From a virus, in the IMG/VR virus record IMGVR_UViG_3300042868_009121, positions 52,145 through 116,144 of that record: DNA of 64,000 bases. One strand, 5' to 3'. Made by a program: the position numbers and the translations under genes. Below the pieces are notes generated by a model. That model saw only the letters and a list, made by a program, of their open reading frames with translations, was not told where the DNA came from and did not search any database. Numbering within the stretch: position 1 is the first letter of the stretch; each line of letters begins with the position of its first letter. Shown one piece after another: positions 38,155 to 49,134 of this stretch.

Positions 38155-40188
38155 TTATTGACCAAACGTTGTGCCAGTTGGAAGAATGTTGAAGTCAAGT
38201 TGAATGAATTCCGCAGTCTTTGTAGGCTGTAAGTATATTGTACCAACTAATTGGTTACGATCTACTACATCTGGTGTGTTATTAGTCTCATCCATTACTA
38301 CTTGGAATGCATAAAGACCTTGTCTTTGTTGTACTGATTCTAAGTATGGATTAACTTGATTTAAGAATTTATTTCTTGTTACCTGAGTATTTGGTTCGAA
38401 TACAATTGTTTCGCCAATTTGACCAATGTAATCTTTAAGAGCAATCAATAATCTTCTTACATTTACACGATCAAGTGCAGATGGTTTTTGTTGAAGAGTC
38501 TTTTGACCATATATTACTGTACCAACTCCAGGGAATGTAGCGATTGGGTTAACTTTACCTTGATAAAGTAAGTTCCTATCGTTAACTGTTAATTTTCTTT
38601 CTGGTTGAAGTACTGTAGAAAGTGCGCCTCTGTTAAGACCTGCAGGTGCAAACCACTCAGCAGCAACTTTATCATTATATTCGTAAACTGCTGGTACTAA
38701 TGTAGAAGCAGGAACAAAGTTTATTTTACCAGTCTCACGGCTTCTAACTTGTACCCATGGCCAATAAGTTGCACCATATGAATTATCGTATAAGTTTGCT
38801 TGAGTAAGAACTGCGTTTATTTGTTGTCCATAAGAAGCCATATCTACTACTGCAATTGCATCTCCTCTACCTTGAACAAGAGTTAATAAACTACTTACTG
38901 TAGTAGCCGCATTTTGGCTATTTAATCCTGGAGCGTATACTACATTTACGTTATAAGAATCTTGATTTTCAAGAAGATTAATTGCTATTGCATAATCTTC
39001 AGGATGTATACCTTGAATATTAGTTGCTGGGGCGGCTATTACTGAGTTTGCAACTGGTATTGCTTCAAACATATTTAAAGCTGCTTTACCAAATGAACCG
39101 AATATAGCACCGCTAGCACCTCCAAAAGCTCCATTAATAGATCCAGATCCTATAATAGGAAGTGAAGATGTATATTGATTTTGAGGAAGTCCTGTTTGAT
39201 CAAAATATCCAGGAGTAGGAAGACTAACAGATTTAACTCTTATATAACGGCTCTTATTTTGATAAGATCCAGTTGTTTGTAAGTAATAATCATTTGTTGA
39301 ATCTTGACGAATTGCTTGTGTTTGATCACCAATTACATATGCAATGTAATTATTTTGATTTGGATCTAATGAAAGATTATTCCAAGTCTCAAGAATAGTT
39401 TTACTATTATTATAATCATCACCACGACGAATAATGATACTAAACACACCAGAACCAGTGTCAACTCCAGTTACTTCCCAACGAATGTTAGCAGAAGATC
39501 CTGATGGTAAAGAACCATCTACAGAAGTTCCACCTACATTATTCATTAAATTACCAACAGATAATGTTTCTAGTTCAAAAGAAGCTACTGATGCTCCACC
39601 AGAGTAATAAACAGTATTAGATCCTGATGTATAATAGTAACTATTTCCTACTATTCCTAATGTTTTTGAAGTTAGCGTCATAGTGCTTGAAGCAAGAGAC
39701 GCTGATGAATTCGCTGTTGAACTAGCTAATATAGAAGATGTTACTCTATTATAAACATCTTGAGCACTAGATCCAGATAAAGTAAAACTAGCTCCATTAA
39801 TAGATAATACATATTGAGCAGTTACCGCATTTGTTAAATCTAATGTTGCAGATGCCGCTATAGTTCCATTATTAGAAGCTACAGAAGCAGTTGCTGGTGT
39901 ATAAGAACCAGAAGCTACTCTAGTAACAAGAAGAGAATCTCCGCCTTGTTCAAAATAGTTAAGTGCTGCAATTGAAGTTAGATATTCAAAGTTAGCTCCA
40001 CCAGAAACAAACGCAGCTCCAAAAAGAGCTTTGTATTCTGAGTATGAAGTTACTAATGTTGGAATATTTACAGGTCCAATTACTGTAGGTCCTAAAAGTG
40101 CTGCTCCAGCAGTAATAGGTCCTTGTGTTATTTGGGATAGATCGTTTTCACTTAAGAAAACTCCTGGGCTAATAAGTGTTTCGGCCAT
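38155..40188 (-). CDS. Contractile tail sheath protein
   Basis: SPGVF, WFAPAG..RG, VNPI..F, LDRVNVRRL, PTKTAEFI. Confidence 0.96.
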   Translation of the reverse strand: MAETLISPGVFLSENDLSQITQGPITAGAALLGPTVIGPVNIPTLVTSYSEYKALFGAAFVSGGANFEYLTSIAALNYFEQGGDSLLVTRVASGSYTPATASVASNNGTIAASATLDLTNAVTAQYVLSINGASFTLSGSSAQDVYNRVTSSILASSTANSSASLASSTMTLTSKTLGIVGNSYYYTSGSNTVYYSGGASVASFELETLSVGNLMNNVGGTSVDGSLPSGSSANIRWEVTGVDTGSGVFSIIIRRGDDYNNSKTILETWNNLSLDPNQNNYIAYVIGDQTQAIRQDSTNDYYLQTTGSYQNKSRYIRVKSVSLPTPGYFDQTGLPQNQYTSSLPIIGSGSINGAFGGASGAIFGSFGKAALNMFEAIPVANSVIAAPATNIQGIHPEDYAIAINLLENQDSYNVNVVYAPGLNSQNAATTVSSLLTLVQGRGDAIAVVDMASYGQQINAVLTQANLYDNSYGATYWPWVQVRSRETGKINFVPASTLVPAVYEYNDKVAAEWFAPAGLNRGALSTVLQPERKLTVNDRNLLYQGKVNPIATFPGVGTVIYGQKTLQQKPSALDRVNVRRLLIALKDYIGQIGETIVFEPNTQVTRNKFLNQVNPYLESVQQRQGLYAFQVVMDETNNTPDVVDRNQLVGTIYLQPTKTAEFIQLDFNILPTGTTFGQ

Positions 40189-40238
40189 TTATATTATTTT
40201 TATCTAGTAATAAATATCTATCCTTTATTCAAAACACT

Positions 40239-40475
40239 TTATTGGAATTCTCCAGTTTCGATATTTATGTTGATGTTTCCGTATTTGTCTTTTAGTTCTT
40301 CAAACAATAGACCTTCAGATTTTTTTAAATCTTTAATTTTTTGTTTTTGATCTTCCATCAACAATTCTAAAACTGTTTTTTGATATTGTAATTCTCCTAA
40401 AGCAGATGCAATTTCTAAAGAGTCTTTTCTAACTTGATGTAACCTTTCTAATTCGTTTTCTGTAAGCTTTGCCAT
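40239..40475 (-). CDS. Small coiled-coil protein
   Basis: LGEL...KYG.ININ.ETGE pattern. Confidence 0.7.
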   Translation of the reverse strand: MAKLTENELERLHQVRKDSLEIASALGELQYQKTVLELLMEDQKQKIKDLKKSEGLLFEELKDKYGNININIETGEFQ

Positions 40476-40521
40476 AACGTTATTTTATAATAAATATGTA
40501 AACTAATGTGAGAAATAAAAT

Positions 40522-40543
40522 GGCCCTCTAATTACAGAGAGCC
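40522..40543. terminator. Possible terminator hairpin
   Basis: GGC-c-CTCT-N6-AGAG-a-GCC flanked by A- and T-runs. Confidence 0.45.
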
Positions 40544-40574
40544 TATTTTTTTATATTAAAAAAACAAAGTCAAT

Positions 40575-40844
40575 TTATTTAGTAGTTTTCTTTTTAGGAG
40601 CAGCTTTTTTCTTTATTACTTTTTTTGCTTCTTTAAGCTCTTCTACTTGTTGTACACTAGCGATTGGTTCAACTTTAACAGGAACTTCTTCTACTGGTGT
40701 TGGAGCAGGAACTACTGGATCAAATATTGGATTTTTTGGGGCTGGTGTATCTTTACTTACTTCTTCTACTTTGCTTTTTCTAGAAGTGACGATGAAGTAT
40801 GCAGCAACACAAGCGACTGCAAGAACTAGAATAATCTGTAACAT
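40575..40844 (-). CDS. Membrane-anchored Pro/Lys-rich protein
   Basis: N-terminal TM helix, basic C-terminal tail. Confidence 0.65.
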   Translation of the reverse strand: MLQIILVLAVACVAAYFIVTSRKSKVEEVSKDTPAPKNPIFDPVVPAPTPVEEVPVKVEPIASVQQVEELKEAKKVIKKKAAPKKKTTK

Positions 40845-40894
40845 AAAATAGTTGTTTATTTATAAATATACGAAAATAAGAGAAAAATAAATTT

Positions 40895-41074
40895 TTATCC
40901 AATTTGTACTACTCTATATTGACGATCAGTAGGGTCTGCTAATTTAAGTTCGTCAGCTTTTAACTGCGCTTCTTCTTGAGTAGGATATTCATAGATTGGA
41001 TCATCTGGATTTAGTCTAGCTACCCAAATTTGATCACTCCCTGGTATAAACTGCATTTGTACTTGATAAATCAT
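40895..41074 (-). CDS. Hypothetical 59-aa protein (missed by ORF track)
   Basis: Manual translation MIYQVQMQFIPGSDQIWVARLNPDDPIYEY...RQYRVVQIG; ATATTTAT at 41090-41097. Confidence 0.7.
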   Translation of the reverse strand: MIYQVQMQFIPGSDQIWVARLNPDDPIYEYPTQEEAQLKADELKLADPTDRQYRVVQIG

Positions 41075-41098
41075 AAATTATTTTTTATTATAAATATA

Positions 41099-41398
41099 TT
41101 AACTACATCCATTACAATTTATATTTGATGTACAATCAACAGTAGATGTACATGCAAATATTGTAGGTATTGCACCACTAACATAAACAGGAGTATCTCT
41201 AGAACAAACGTATCCTGTTTCACCAGATAAAACTTCTAAATTAATTGTAGCACCATCACTGCATCTTGAATATGATATTGTTGTAGTTCCACTATCTGCA
41301 AGTATTGTATAACAATAACATGGAGGTGCTGTTGTCGTAGTTGTTGTAGTTGTTGTTGTTGTTGCACAAGGAATATTAAATCTAAAATATGGAGCCAT
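41099..41398 (-). CDS. Cys-rich protein with poly-Thr linker
   Basis: Thr run and multiple Cys. Confidence 0.65.
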   Translation of the reverse strand: MAPYFRFNIPCATTTTTTTTTTTAPPCYCYTILADSGTTTISYSRCSDGATINLEVLSGETGYVCSRDTPVYVSGAIPTIFACTSTVDCTSNINCNGCS

Positions 41399-41409
41399 AA
41401 AACATTATT

Positions 41410-42204
41410 TTAACAGTTTGCATACAGAGATCCTACTACGGCTGTACTTGAATTTATATTATAAATACTACCACCTTCATCTCTAACATAATTAAATCCG
41501 GTAATTAAGGCATTTGTTCTAGGATTTAGTAATGCAGATGAATTCGCTGAGGCCGCTGCTAATGTAGGATCATTATTTGACGTTACTACTGCTCTAATAT
41601 TATCAACATTTCCACATGACGGAGTTGTCATAAAATATATAGGAGTTAATATATTTTGATCTTGACTACCTTCTTTCCACATTACTAGATATAAAACTTC
41701 AGAAGTTGAAGATAAAGTATAATTATATGTTTGTGAATTAGTATTACTAAAAGTTCCGTCAAATACAGGAAATCCTGTTAATGTTCCTGTATTAGTAAAT
41801 GGATATGAGGTATATATTTGAAACCTCATAGTAGATAAATTTGGAACTACATTATCAGGAGAACTTATAGTTATACTAGAACCTGCTCCAGAACTTCCTG
41901 TTACATTTACTCTATAATATAAATAACTACCTAATAAAATAGGAGTGTCTATATCTCCTGTTGCACAATTTTGATTTGCTGTATGATTATAACTATACCA
42001 TTCTGATATTGCTGATGGAACTACATCATCTGTAGGTTTTGTAGGAGCGCTTCTATTAACAGGAACGTATCCAGAACCAGTATTAGCATCGCTACCTAAT
42101 AAACTACCAATTTTAGACAATTCTATATTGCTAGTACGACCAGTATTTTCAAGCTCTGTTATGAGCATACTCATTGATATAATCCCACTAGCTGGTAATG
42201 CCAT
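41410..42204 (-). CDS. Putative fibre/adhesin tip protein
   Basis: MALPASG.IS.S N-terminus and ISEWYSYNH pattern typical of fibre-associated proteins. Confidence 0.6.
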   Translation of the reverse strand: MALPASGIISMSMLITELENTGRTSNIELSKIGSLLGSDANTGSGYVPVNRSAPTKPTDDVVPSAISEWYSYNHTANQNCATGDIDTPILLGSYLYYRVNVTGSSGAGSSITISSPDNVVPNLSTMRFQIYTSYPFTNTGTLTGFPVFDGTFSNTNSQTYNYTLSSTSEVLYLVMWKEGSQDQNILTPIYFMTTPSCGNVDNIRAVVTSNNDPTLAAASANSSALLNPRTNALITGFNYVRDEGGSIYNINSSTAVVGSLYANC

Positions 42205-42218
42205 AACTAATTATAGTT

Positions 42219-42686
42219 TTAACACGTTTCTGATTGTTCTTGATTTACTGTAAATGCAAGATTTCTAGTAGGAACGTTAGTTAGTACTGGCCAAGTACAC
42301 GCATCAGAACCTGCATCCCATGTAGGACATGTAGTTGATGCATTAGTTCTATTAGATGAATAAATAGCATTAATATTACTAGGAGATCCAGCTCTTAATA
42401 CTAAACTTGTTCCTTGAGGTACAGTTATTGTAGTTAAATTACTGCATGTTTCACCTATAGAAACACCGACAAAATTCCACGTACTTCCACCGTCTGTAGA
42501 ATAATGAAAATCTAAAGGCGTTGTTGGAGCTATTTGCCTAGCATATATAGTAATTGCTGCCTGAGCAACAGTAGTAGTTGAAGTTGTTCCAGGACCTCCT
42601 TCTCCAAATACTGCGCGTCCTGAATTATTTACATTTGTGAATCTAGCTCTTCCTGAATTATTTACGTTTATAAATCTTGCTGGCAT
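42219..42686 (-). CDS. Putative virion accessory protein
   Basis: Duplicated ARF.NVNNSGRA peptide, Thr linker, YSTDGG Asp-box. Confidence 0.6.
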   Translation of the reverse strand: MPARFINVNNSGRARFTNVNNSGRAVFGEGGPGTTSTTTVAQAAITIYARQIAPTTPLDFHYSTDGGSTWNFVGVSIGETCSNLTTITVPQGTSLVLRAGSPSNINAIYSSNRTNASTTCPTWDAGSDACTWPVLTNVPTRNLAFTVNQEQSETC

Positions 42687-42696
42687 AAAAATATTA

Positions 42697-43050
42697 TTAT
42701 GGTGTGATCATTAATGAACCTGTTGGTAGCCAAGGAGCTTGTTCTATTAACACAGGAGGATTGATTTGATTTTGTATTTGTTGAGCAACTGTTGCTTCAT
42801 AATTTTGCATACTAGCTGTACCCATTGAAGCAGTCATCCAATTATAAACTATATCATAAGTAAGATCATTAAAAGGAGTAAATGCAGAACCTGATTCGTA
42901 AGTAACTGGTTGAACTCCTATTACTGTAGATTGATATGATCCTGTAATTCCATGAAGTTGCCAATGTACGTTGAATACTACATTTGTTTCTCCAGATGCA
43001 GTTGGATATGCTTCTAGTGGATTAAAATTCCAATTGTAATTAATTGCCAT
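42697..43050 (-). CDS. Fibre-associated protein
   Basis: VV..VHW, FTPF.DLT...V..W, PW; follows an S74 fibre gene. Confidence 0.6.
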   Translation of the reverse strand: MAINYNWNFNPLEAYPTASGETNVVFNVHWQLHGITGSYQSTVIGVQPVTYESGSAFTPFNDLTYDIVYNWMTASMGTASMQNYEATVAQQIQNQINPPVLIEQAPWLPTGSLMITP

Positions 43051-46000
43051 TATTTTTTCTTTTTCTTATTTTCTAATAAATATTTGAGTTCTTCTATTTG
43101 TTTCTGTTGTTCTTTAACTGCTTCAATTAATAATCCTACCATATTACCATATGATACACTATAATTACCATTTTGATCTTTAGATACAACCTCAGGTATT
43201 ATTGGAAGTACTTCTTGGGCTATTACTCCTATCTTACGTGATTTATCATCAGTGTCTTTTCTATTATAGCTTACTCCTCTTAATGATATTACTTTTTCTA
43301 ATGCATTTTCAATTGGCTCTACATTATCTTTTACTCTAGCATCAGAATATGCAATAACATCTCCAGTTGCACGAATTGTACCTAATACATCTAATTTATA
43401 TGCAGGAGAAGACGCTCCTATACCTATACTTCCAAGTGAGTAATAAGCATTTGCACCATCTCTAACAAAAGTATGGGCTGCTGTATTACTTACTGTTGCT
43501 GTAACATTACTAAACGCGCTTGCTTCAAATCCTACACCCCAATTATTATTTCTCCATGTAGAACTTACTCCACTATATCCTAATCCTACTTCTTCTATAA
43601 ATACTTGAGGATAACTCCAAGTAGAACTTAATTCACCTATATAAACAACCATGTAAGTTCCATCATAACCGAATCTTACATTAAAGTTTCTATCTATAGC
43701 AGGATTTCCTTCTATATAAGCAAAGCAATTATACCAAGATGGAGTATCAGAGTAATTATATCCTCCAAAAGTAATTGTAAATGATTCATTAGTTACATAC
43801 TCATAAACTTTTAATTTTACAGTATGCATTGTATTTGTATACCCAACAGGATAAGTAATTTTTATAGCACCTGTTACTGTACTAGTTTGGGTAATATATG
43901 TACCATTTTTAGGTTTTATTAACCTATATCCTTGAGTATCAGCTATAGTATAATCTGTTACTATAGTACCATCTACTTGTAATTTTTCTGTAGGATTAGT
44001 TGTTCCTATACCTACATTTCCTCCATTAATTATTCTAAGTGCTTCTGGTGGATTAAGAGGTCCTCCTGAATTAAGTCCTGCGCCAAATGAAATACCACCA
44101 TTATTATTTCCATTAAATTGAATATACCCCATCCAAGTAGAATCAACTTTTTGTTGAATTCTAAAACCAGCTGTTTCCCAAGTAGATCCATTAGCTACTC
44201 TTGTATTTGTAAGTTCTAAATAATCAGCATTTGAAGTTGATACATTAATTCTTTCTAATAATTCTTGAGTTCCTGCACTAGTGCCTAATGATGCTCCTAC
44301 TATATCTAATTTATATGTTGGAGATGTTTTGTTTATACCTACATTTCCACTTTCTCCAATAGTTAATCTAGCATCAGACAAAGTAGCATTTCCACTAGAT
44401 CCTTGAGGTCCATTTAATATGTGTATTTTACCTTGAGCATCATTTGATGTTAAATCAGTTCTCTCAAATACTATAGCTGATTTTCTATATGAATTATTTG
44501 CTTCTCTATATCCAAAATGAATTCCAGTCCAACTACCTGAGGCTATTTGATTTACACCCACAGATACAAAATCATTTGAATCTGATATTACTTCAAAAGG
44601 TTTTTGTGGACTTGTAGTACCTATACCAAATCGACCCGTTGATAATATAGTAGCTCTAAAACTAGCATCACCAGCTCCTGTATAAAATTGAATATCTGCA
44701 GGAGTAAATCTTATATAAGATTGTCCATTACTAGAATCTAGTCTACCGTAATAAGGACTGTTATTAATATTTGCTCCAATACCACTACCATTATAAGTAA
44801 CTCCTGGTTCTGACGCCCACATACAAACACTCGCTGGACCTGTCCCACCAGTGCCGTCACCTCCTGTTGAATATAGTCTAAATAATGCTGTAGTATGACT
44901 TCCTTGTATATGTAATTTAGTTGCTGGTGTTGTGATGCCTATACCAATATTACCGCCTTGATGATTTAATGATATATTTCTATAAGTGCTATTATCACCA
45001 GCTTGTAAAGATGCATATTGAGATCCGCTTACAAAAGTTGTATAGAAATATCCACCATCTGCATTATTTGTTTGTATTTTAAGTCCAGTAACCCAATCAG
45101 CGCCATTGGTTCTAATTTGAGTAGTAACTCCTGTAGTTCCTGCTACATCTAATTTATATCCAGGAGACGTAGTATTTATACCGACATTTCCACCACCTGT
45201 TGCTAACCAAACATTACTTGCTACATAATGATTTATAGCCGCAGCATCTCCATTAGAATCTAATATTAAATAACCTCCAGCATCAGTATTTGCTTTTATA
45301 TTTGGATGACCTGAATATCTACCTACAACCATTGTTGTACCAGTAGTAGATGAGGCAACATCTAATTTAGCTGTTGGTGAATTAATTCCTATACCAACAT
45401 TTCCATCGGAAGTAATTCTTACTTTTTCACTATTATTAGTAAATAATAATAATGGATGCGCACTTGCTGCTCCAAATTGTATTTGTGAACCATCACTAGA
45501 ATTCCAAAAAGAATTTACTCCTTGTGAAGTTTCTTTATTATATATTATAGATGGGCCAGAATTTGCAATTACTAATTTTCCTTCTGTTGGTGTTGTAGTT
45601 CCTATACCAACATTACCGTCACCTAAAATAGTTAATCTAACAGTAGAATTATATGCATTATTATATAAACTTCCAAAATACATGTTTACTTTAGAACCAT
45701 CAAATCTTGTATCTATTTGACCAGTTACATCTGCGCTATCATGCCAAGTTATAGTTCCTCTTTGAGTAGGAGATCCAGTATATAATACTCCTAAACGTAA
45801 CATTTCAGATGTACTACTATTTTGAAATCCTATTTGAAGATTTGCTCCAGGTGATGTAGTACCTATACCTACATTTCCTCCATTAAAATACGAATTTCCT
45901 TCTGAATTTAGGTTTACTCCAACTGTGCTATCATTAGCAGCATACATATAGAGTCTACTTCCAAAACTGCCTCCTGTACTTCCTCTTATTTCAAGTACTG

Positions 46001-47222
46001 GAATTGAATCTGTTTTGGTTTTAAATCTTATGTAATTACTGTTAAAATAAATGTAAGGATCATTACTATTTAAATATAAATTTCCATTAGATGTAATTTT
46101 TTCTGTAGGATTCGTAATTCCTATACCTAAGTTACCAGATCCATTAAATCTAGCTATTTCTGCTCCATTAGAAGAAAATAATAAGTTGTTAGAACCATTA
46201 AATCTAATAACTCCATCAGAATTTGTTGCTGTAGAAGAAAGAGTATCTCCAAATCCTAAAAGTAATGGGGCAATAGTTCCATTAAAAAAAGTAGAATATA
46301 AACCATTAACAGTTCCTCCTGTTATTCTCATTGACTCTGCATCTGAACTGCTTATTTGTAATTTAACTGAGGGAGATGTTGTACCTATACCAACATTACC
46401 TCCTGTAGTAAGACGAATATGTTCACTACCACCAGCTCTAAAAGTTAATGGAACACTATTTTGAGGAGATAAAGTCATTCCATTAATATCAGCATACATG
46501 TATCCATATAATGTAGATCCAGCATACATATAAAGTTCAGAACCATTTGTTCCAGATATAGATAACGAACGATAATTTGTTGATGATACTGGTGATGTGG
46601 TACCTATACCAACATTACCACTTGATGCTGTTACAAATATTGCAGTTGGATATAATGTAGTTCCTATTCTTAAATTATAAATTCCTTGAGAATATACAGC
46701 GGCATAATTGTTTGCCCCTCCAGCACTATCCCAACTTAATTGTCCAATACTATATCCACTAGTTCCCCAATTTAAAGTACCAGCTGAACTAAATTGATAT
46801 CCAGTAGCTATATTAGTATTACCTGAGCTGTCTAGAGTTACTCTAGCGGTTCCATTACTTTCTAATACTAAACTTTGTGCATCATTTGTACCTATAGTTG
46901 CAGTTGCTCCAAAAGAATTTCCTCCTTGAACGAATGCATTTGTGCCTGTAGTACTAATAAATGAAGATGTTAAAGCAAAAGAAGCACTTGTAGCAAAACT
47001 AGAACTAATTGCAAAAGACGAAGTAACAGCTCTAGAAGAACTAACTGCAAAACTAGAAGTACCAAATAAAGAACCACTAAGTGATCCCGTAAATGAGCCT
47101 GTAAATGAAGCTCCTATATATCTAGAACCAGAAAATACACTTGAAGTTACTGCATTAGTAACAAATAAAGCACGAAGACTGGCATCTGAGCCAGAAGTTA
47201 TAATTTTTTTCCAAGATGGCAT
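43050..47222 (-). CDS. Long tail fibre/spike with C-terminal peptidase S74 chaperone
   Basis: Many GNVGIGTT.P repeats; YSDARVK...GVIAQE...YGNMVGLLIEAVKE. Confidence 0.9.
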   Translation of the reverse strand: MPSWKKIITSGSDASLRALFVTNAVTSSVFSGSRYIGASFTGSFTGSLSGSLFGTSSFAVSSSRAVTSSFAISSSFATSASFALTSSFISTTGTNAFVQGGNSFGATATIGTNDAQSLVLESNGTARVTLDSSGNTNIATGYQFSSAGTLNWGTSGYSIGQLSWDSAGGANNYAAVYSQGIYNLRIGTTLYPTAIFVTASSGNVGIGTTSPVSSTNYRSLSISGTNGSELYMYAGSTLYGYMYADINGMTLSPQNSVPLTFRAGGSEHIRLTTGGNVGIGTTSPSVKLQISSSDAESMRITGGTVNGLYSTFFNGTIAPLLLGFGDTLSSTATNSDGVIRFNGSNNLLFSSNGAEIARFNGSGNLGIGITNPTEKITSNGNLYLNSNDPYIYFNSNYIRFKTKTDSIPVLEIRGSTGGSFGSRLYMYAANDSTVGVNLNSEGNSYFNGGNVGIGTTSPGANLQIGFQNSSTSEMLRLGVLYTGSPTQRGTITWHDSADVTGQIDTRFDGSKVNMYFGSLYNNAYNSTVRLTILGDGNVGIGTTTPTEGKLVIANSGPSIIYNKETSQGVNSFWNSSDGSQIQFGAASAHPLLLFTNNSEKVRITSDGNVGIGINSPTAKLDVASSTTGTTMVVGRYSGHPNIKANTDAGGYLILDSNGDAAAINHYVASNVWLATGGGNVGINTTSPGYKLDVAGTTGVTTQIRTNGADWVTGLKIQTNNADGGYFYTTFVSGSQYASLQAGDNSTYRNISLNHQGGNIGIGITTPATKLHIQGSHTTALFRLYSTGGDGTGGTGPASVCMWASEPGVTYNGSGIGANINNSPYYGRLDSSNGQSYIRFTPADIQFYTGAGDASFRATILSTGRFGIGTTSPQKPFEVISDSNDFVSVGVNQIASGSWTGIHFGYREANNSYRKSAIVFERTDLTSNDAQGKIHILNGPQGSSGNATLSDARLTIGESGNVGINKTSPTYKLDIVGASLGTSAGTQELLERINVSTSNADYLELTNTRVANGSTWETAGFRIQQKVDSTWMGYIQFNGNNNGGISFGAGLNSGGPLNPPEALRIINGGNVGIGTTNPTEKLQVDGTIVTDYTIADTQGYRLIKPKNGTYITQTSTVTGAIKITYPVGYTNTMHTVKLKVYEYVTNESFTITFGGYNYSDTPSWYNCFAYIEGNPAIDRNFNVRFGYDGTYMVVYIGELSSTWSYPQVFIEEVGLGYSGVSSTWRNNNWGVGFEASAFSNVTATVSNTAAHTFVRDGANAYYSLGSIGIGASSPAYKLDVLGTIRATGDVIAYSDARVKDNVEPIENALEKVISLRGVSYNRKDTDDKSRKIGVIAQEVLPIIPEVVSKDQNGNYSVSYGNMVGLLIEAVKEQQKQIEELKYLLENKKKKK

Positions 47223-47232
47223 TCAACTACAT

Positions 47233-47288
47233 TTTGTGGTTAGAAACTTAGCACTATACTAAGCCTACTTCCCTTTCGGGCCGACAAA
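47233..47288 (-). ncRNA. Candidate three-way-junction leader RNA upstream of the fibre gene
   Basis: UUUGU(C)GG/CCACAAA, CCC-GAAA-GGG, AGGCUUAG/CUAAGUUU; downstream of ATATTTAT at 47299-47306. Confidence 0.6.
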
Positions 47289-47305
47289 TTATTCTATTAT
47301 AAATA

Positions 47306-47548
47306 TCAGGAGTTCTTTTTACCTGCTGACTTTGTTTGCTCGTATTGTACGATTTGTTGTAGTTCTGCTTGCTTTTTTTCTTCTTCTTTTCTTTTTAGTG
47401 CTTCTATTTCTAAAAGCTCCTGTTCTATTTTAATTTGAAGATTAGCAAGGAATTTTGCATCTTTTCCTGAAACTGTTACCAGGTCTAGCGCCTGTCTAAC
47501 AAATAAAATCTCATTTTGTGCGAGATCAATAGAGAATATATCTAACAT
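47306..47548 (-). CDS. Small helical protein (possible fibre chaperone)
   Basis: 80 aa, between fibre genes. Confidence 0.6.
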   Translation of the reverse strand: MLDIFSIDLAQNEILFVRQALDLVTVSGKDAKFLANLQIKIEQELLEIEALKRKEEEKKQAELQQIVQYEQTKSAGKKNS

Positions 47549-47554
47549 AACTTA

Positions 47555-47767
47555 CTATTTATTTACTGAAATGTATTGATTCTGTAATTTAACTATCATT
47601 GAATAGAACATCTCTATTTGATGTCCTTTAAGATCTGCATTCTTAAGAAGTGTTAATAGATATTCTAATTCTTCTTTAGATAAATCACTTGATTTTATAG
47701 TTTTTCCTGTGTCTGTTAAAGAAGTAGGCTCTCCTGCAACGATAACTTGTTTTAAATTAAATGCCAT
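47555..47767 (-). CDS. Small helical protein (possible fibre chaperone)
   Basis: 70 aa; pattern similar to neighbour (E...L..L....G......L..K). Confidence 0.6.
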   Translation of the reverse strand: MAFNLKQVIVAGEPTSLTDTGKTIKSSDLSKEELEYLLTLLKNADLKGHQIEMFYSMIVKLQNQYISVNK

Positions 47768-47784
47768 AACTAATTAAAGTTTTT

Positions 47785-49089
47785 TTAAACGTAAATAAAA
47801 ATATCTCCTGAAGTTGTATTAATCCACATATTTCCTGGACCTGATACTTGACCTCCCCAAGTAGGAGCCGTCGCATCAACAGGATTAACTGATCCAGTTA
47901 TTCTTACAGTTACTGCATATTCATCTGGGGTTACCGATGATGCAGACGCGTGAACATTATATGCTACAGCGAATCTTCCAAAACTACCAGCACTTGTTGT
48001 ATCTAAGTAAAAAGCAGAACCAGACATTCCAGCTGCTCCTGTACTTGAAACAACTATAATACCACCTTCTGTTAATGTAGTAGATCCTGAAGCTAATGCT
48101 GCAAATCTATCTCCAATTAATAAGTTTTGAGTATTCTGGAAACTAGCCGTACCTGCAACTGTTAAGTCGCCGGCTACTGTTAAATTACTATTGAATGTAG
48201 AATTTCCTGTTACAGTTACACCACCCGCAGCTACACTTAAACCAGAAGATGCACCTGCTGCAATTTGAACTTGAGTACCAGTATCTGATATATTAGATCC
48301 TGCTAAAGTATTTGCTCCTAATTTAGGAATTTGATTTGTAGTAAGAGAAGAAGTATTTACTTGAATAAAATCTGCGGCGGCATTAATTAATGCTCCAGCA
48401 CCTACATCAAAAGTTGATGCTGCAGAACCGTTAAATGTTGTTCCAGTTAAACCTGCGCCAGCTGTTAATGAGTTTAATACTTGGGTAGCTATATTTGCAT
48501 TTGAAGAAGTTATAGCGCGAGAAGCTGTTACAGTTAATAAGTTATCTGTAGCATTAAAAGTCAAAGTTGCACTATCAACTCTTAAAGGCCTATTACCTGT
48601 TGTACCATCTACAAAAGTGATATAATAAGGACCAACACCTGTTGTAGTATCTGTAACTGTAGATGCACTAGCTATTAAAGCATTTGTAGCCCAAGAAGAA
48701 GTACCAAACAAACTACTAGTTACACTACCAACAGTTAAACCATTTGTTGATGCATTATATGTTAAACCATTGCTATCAACTCGGATACCTCTATTACCTG
48801 ATGTACCATCTACAAAAGTAGGATAATAAGGACCAGTTCCTGTTGTAGTATCTGTAATTACAGAATTGGTAGAAGTGTCTGATTGTGCCGATCCTGGTGA
48901 CCATGAGGCACTAATTGCAAAACTTGAAGTCCCGGTTAATATACCTCCTACTATACTTGCAGATCCAGATATTGCAACAGATCCAGTAAATTCAAACCTG
49001 TCTGCATTAACTGTTAATGTGGTATCTACAGCTAATGTATTTAATTGCGCTTGACTACCAGAGGTTACGACTTTTTTCCAAGTTGCCAT
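47785..49089 (-). CDS. Fibre/structural protein
   Basis: MATWKKVVTSGS N-terminus; duplicated TDTTTG.GPYY.TFVDGT.GNR module. Confidence 0.75.
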   Translation of the reverse strand: MATWKKVVTSGSQAQLNTLAVDTTLTVNADRFEFTGSVAISGSASIVGGILTGTSSFAISASWSPGSAQSDTSTNSVITDTTTGTGPYYPTFVDGTSGNRGIRVDSNGLTYNASTNGLTVGSVTSSLFGTSSWATNALIASASTVTDTTTGVGPYYITFVDGTTGNRPLRVDSATLTFNATDNLLTVTASRAITSSNANIATQVLNSLTAGAGLTGTTFNGSAASTFDVGAGALINAAADFIQVNTSSLTTNQIPKLGANTLAGSNISDTGTQVQIAAGASSGLSVAAGGVTVTGNSTFNSNLTVAGDLTVAGTASFQNTQNLLIGDRFAALASGSTTLTEGGIIVVSSTGAAGMSGSAFYLDTTSAGSFGRFAVAYNVHASASSVTPDEYAVTVRITGSVNPVDATAPTWGGQVSGPGNMWINTTSGDIFIYV

Positions 49090-49134
49090 TTAATTTTTTT
49101 TTATCTATTAATAAATATACTTCACTCAAATAAG

